DNA of 63,361 bases, filler included, from Octopus bimaculoides (Eukaryota): assembly GCF_001194135.2 (NCBI RefSeq). It is 5 parts of 4 records of this genome, joined end to end, with 100 filler letters (N's around TTAATTAATTAA, not from the genome) between each part and the next. Parts side by side here need not be neighbours in the genome. Positions count along the whole stretch, not along the records: positions 52,308 to 63,361 come from NC_068983.1; 4 more parts are not named here. One strand, written 5' to 3'. Made by a program: the position numbers and the translations under genes. Shown one piece after another: positions 59,478 to 63,361 of the stretch (position 1 is its first letter; each line of letters opens with the position of its first letter). The notes under the pieces are model-generated. The model ran no database searches and was not told the origin of the DNA. It was given only the letters and a program-made list of their open reading frames with translations.

Positions 59478-60612
59478 ATTTACTTGCATTGATTCCTAAT
59501 ATACATTAGTATTGCATAATGCACACAATACACAATAATACACACATGTAAGTATAATTCTATCTCATACTGAAACCATTACATGCAGAAGGCTACAAAC
59601 GGCCGGAATCCTAAGGGTGTCAAGTGGTTGATTATGTATATTCACCTCTCATGTTTTCTGACATTTTATAGCTTATGTACTCCTCGTGAATAATTTCATT
59701 AATCTGTCCTTCTGGATATCAGTTGCATGGACACTCCATGTTCTTTGTTAGCCGTGTCCGTTAGAGGGGCTTTCTGTGACAGCCACACAACTCCTTGAAT
59801 CTTTTACTGCAAATTTGTGTATCTGTTCTTGTGTTTATATGCATCTATGTATGTTTATATATCCCAGGTTTATTACGGATAGCTGTGAACCAGTGATAAT
59901 CAAAAGAAGTAGAACTTGTCAACGTCTGCATATTTTCCACATTGAACAAGTCCGTGAAAATACTGAAAACATGTCAGCAGATATGCTATTTTTCACAATT
60001 AAAAATATAAGATAAATATATAAATGTTATCATTCCACTATATCCGATTTATCCTTTAAGTGAGTGTTACTTTTCACGCAAATTCTTTTATTTTATGTCT
60101 ATTAAATGTTTTGCGTTGGGAAAATTATTTTCTTGCATGGCGACAAAAGAAAGGTAAAACATTCGGTGAAAAGTTTAACGTACACGTAAATGTGTTGTTA
60201 TATTTGTAAAGTGACTGGAGTTGCTATTCTGTTGCTGCTAATTCTTCGATGGTTTTATACTTCAATCAAAAACATAGTTTTTACGCCTACTTTTCACTTA
60301 GTCACATTACTTAATCATAAGTATCCTGCCTTTATTATTATATTTTTCGATTTATTATATTCTCTATTCAGTCTTACATACATTTTCCTATTTTCAGTTA
60401 GTTTTAATTCTTTTTATACATTTTAATTTCATACGAGTAATTCTTAGTCATTTCATTTGGTACTTCACTCACATACGCATACACACACACAAGCAAACAA
60501 ACATACACACACATGCACACAGACACTCACGCAAACTCATACGCACACATACAAACATATAGACACTCATATAGATGTATGCTTACATACGTGTATACAT
60601 ACATATATAGGC

Positions 60613-60645
<33 letters not shown>

Positions 60646-61098
60646 NNNNNNNNNNNNNNNNNNNNNNNNNNNNNNNNNNNNNNNNNNNNNNNNNNNNNNN
60701 NNNNNNNNNNNNNNNNNNNNNNNNNNNNNNNNNNNNNNNNNNNNNNNNNNNNNNNNNNNNNNNNNNNNNNNNNNNNNNNNNNNNNNNNNNNNNNNNNNNN
60801 NNNNNNNNNNNNNNNNNNNNNNNNNNNNNNNNNNNNNNNNNNNNNNNNNNNNNNNNNNNNNNNNNNNNNNNNNNNNNNNNNNNNNNNNNNNNNNNNNNNN
60901 NNNNNNNNNNNNNNNNNNNNNNNNNNNNNNNNNNNNNNNNNNNNNNNNNNNNNNNNNNNNNNNNNNNNNNNNNNNNNNNNNNNNNNNNNNNNNNNNNNNN
61001 NNNNNNNNNNNNNNNNNNNNNNNNNNNNNNNNNNNNNNNNNNNNNNNNNNNNNNNNNNNNNNNNNNNNNNNNNNNNNNNNNNNTATATAGATATAAAT

Positions 61099-61130
<32 letters not shown>

Positions 61131-61804
61131 ATACAGATATAAATACACATGTGTATACCTATATATACATAAATACAGATGCATATACATACGCACACAC
61201 ATATGTATGTGCGTATGTGTTGTTTCTGTGTGCGTGTGCAATTGTGTATTGACTTGCCTATGGGTTGTCTTATATTTGGTTGAATTTTGCTTTCAAATAT
61301 TTTTTTTATTGAAAATCAATTGAAAGGAATAATGAAGAATATGTGATTTTGCTTCATGTCTTTATATATTTAAATGCAGTTTTCTAGAAAAAATATCTCA
61401 TGATCATTGAGAGTTACGAGTAATACGTGCAGTTGAAATATAAAAAACAAAAGTGAACTTATAGAGAGCGCAAAACAAATGGAAACAAAAGACACATAAA
61501 AGAGATAAAGGAAATCACTAGGGACAATATATTCCTACAAAAATTTCTCATAGTTAGTTACATACTTTACCATGGTGATGTAAATGCTAACAGAAACATT
61601 TAACCAACTATTCACGCGCTCAAAAATCACGCATATAAGTGTGTGTACACATATGTGCATACGTGTGCGTAGTTTTAGAACAGTAAATATAGACTATATA
61701 TATATACATAAATACACACACACATAGCTAACATGCGTATATGTATGTGTATACGTGTATATACGTGTGTGTATGTATATATGTTTTCACATACCAACTC
61801 TCTC

Positions 61805-61869
<65 letters not shown>

Positions 61870-61879
61870 NNNNNNNNNN

Positions 61880-61956
<77 letters not shown>

Positions 61957-62373
61957 GTATGTGTTTGTATATGTAGGTATGCATATGATTATGTATATGT
62001 ACCTATAGTTTTCAAGATTTGTTTTAAGTTTTCCCCTATGCACAATTCCAGCCATTCACTAGCAAAAACACTCTTTTGTTTAATTTGACACACCTCGTTA
62101 GGTTATTGTTCACCTTTATCGGATTTTGTATTCGTATATGTGGTTCTCTTTTATGTATGAGCACATGCATGGACATAGCTACACACGTGTGTTTTTGTTA
62201 CAATAGTTGACAAATTTGCATGTTTCATTCTTATTTATGTGGTGTACGTGCGTATGTATTTCGCATGTATATGCAATATTATACATATATTCACACCGGA
62301 CCCTCAAATAGAGAATCCCTGTTAGGTTGTTTAAATTTTCACTCAATGTATATATATATGAGTGTGTGTCCGC

Positions 62374-62437
62374 GCGCGTGCGTGTGTGAGCGCGTGCGTG
62401 TGTGAGCGCGTGCGTGTGTGAGCGCGTGCGTGTGTGA
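62374..62437. repeat. (GCGCGTGCGTGTGTGA)4 16-bp tandem repeat
   Basis: Read directly. Confidence 0.95.
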
Positions 62438-62874
62438 GCGCGAGTGTGTGTGTAGATATACACAGAATGAATATAAACAGCAAGGTGCAATATTTCATAT
62501 ATACACATTCATACATACAGACACAGTACATAGTCACAAAAACCCGATACACAAACAGACACAGACAAGCACTCACAAGGAGAGAGAAGTACACACCCAC
62601 AAGCAAACACGCACACACATATAAAGACACATAAACACGAACACACAAACACAAACACATGAATATGCGGAATAGATACATACTAACTTACACATACACA
62701 TACATATATACATGCGCGCACACACACACTCATACATGCATACACACACTTACATGCATATATATATATATATATATATGCAAGAAGAAAATGGAGGAAA
62801 ATTAATGGGAAGAAGTTGGTCGTTTTCGTTAGTAACCCATTAATTTAATTAATTAAGCAAAGTGGTAGAAATAG

Positions 62875-62930
62875 TACATTTACTATCGTTTCTGTTTACC
62901 AGTTGTAGTGGTAGAAATCATCAGAATGCA
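62875..62930 (-). ncRNA. Near-intact type-I hammerhead ribozyme motif
   Basis: Minus strand reads TGCATT-CTGATGA-TTTC-TACCA-CTACAAC-TGGTA-AACA-GAAA-CGATAG-TA|AATGTA: 6-bp stem I (one G.U), exact core, 5-bp upper stem II, ACGAT(C>A)GT stem III and GUA site. Confidence 0.72.
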
Positions 62931-62945
62931 GTCGTATGTAGAGGT

Positions 62946-63147
62946 AGGAAGAGCGAAAGACATAGGGATACATTGGTAACGAGAATAAAGACAAAGAATG
63001 GTGAATCTTACATTATAGTAGATTTCACAGTTGATAATTCTGCTGCGAAGTGGATGTATCAACTAAGAAACCTACTATAATGTCAGACTCACCATAGTTT
63101 GCCTTTATTCTCGATACCAATGTATCCCTATGTCTTTCGCTCTTCCT
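62946..63147. mobile_element. ~200-bp foldback with 91-bp arms and 20-nt loop
   Basis: 62946-63036 pairs with 63057-63147 in one register, with 9 mismatches. Confidence 0.92.
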
Positions 63148-63361
63148 GTGGTAAGTAGCTTGCTTACCAACCACATGGTCCCGGGTTCAGTCCCACTGCG
63201 TGGCATCTTGGGCAAGTGTCTTCTACTATAGCCTCGGGCCGACCAAAGCCTTGTGAGTGGATTTGGTAGACGGAAACTGAAAGAAGCCTGTCGTATATAT
63301 GTATATATATATATATATGTGTGTGTGTGTATGTGTTTGTATGTCTGTGTTTGTCCCCCAA
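63146..63361 (+). mobile_element. 5'-clipped SINE abutting the foldback and running off the window end
   Basis: Starts at TGTGGTAAGTAGC (the family head at 52838 lacks its first ~17 nt here), then head, (TA)/(TG) repeats and GTTTGTCCCCCA. Confidence 0.9.

Noticed and set aside
431-61241. Long ORFs in the track dominated by X
   Set aside because: They are N runs translated without stops and carry no information.
19112-62681. Many ORFs rich in YI, CV, HT and LS repeats or poly-I/poly-Y/poly-V
   Set aside because: They are translations of (AT)n, (AC)n, (ATCT)n and trinucleotide microsatellites, not genes.
62841-62857. Natural TTAATTAATTAA similar to the assembly linker
   Set aside because: Not flanked by N44, so it is treated as ordinary AT-rich sequence.

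Overview
Eukaryotic, AT-rich draft-assembly sequence with roughly 8-9 kb of N gaps. Four 100-bp joins of the form N44-TTAATTAATTAA-N44 split it into five blocks whose true adjacency is uncertain. The repeat content (tRNA-derived SINEs, RTE LINEs with (GAT)n tails, R4/Dong-like and Penelope-like retroelements, very dense AT/AC/ATAC/TAA microsatellites) looks like an octopod cephalopod genome; this is an inference from recognised repeat families, not a database result. I could not support any host protein-coding exon, so the window reads as intronic or intergenic. Almost every ORF in the track is an N-run, a microsatellite or a transposon fragment. Supported elements: several RTE fragments, two mariner remnants, a near full-length Tc1-type element with DD36E spacing, R4/Dong-like LINEs lodged in (TAA)n/(TAC)n tracts, Penelope-like (PLE) RT and GIY-YIG fragments, about 25 SINE copies or fragments, and a tRNA-Asp 3'-half+CCA fused to a SINE inside one target-site duplication. 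The most interesting signal is a recurring arrangement: minimal type-I hammerhead-ribozyme motifs with palindromic stem III lie directly beside long, mutually unrelated inverted repeats (29.5, 43.2, 45.7, 48.0 and 62.9 kb). One of these inverted repeats encloses a truncated PLE ORF. This suggests ultra-truncated, ribozyme-bearing PLE insertions that leave foldback hairpins in the genome.
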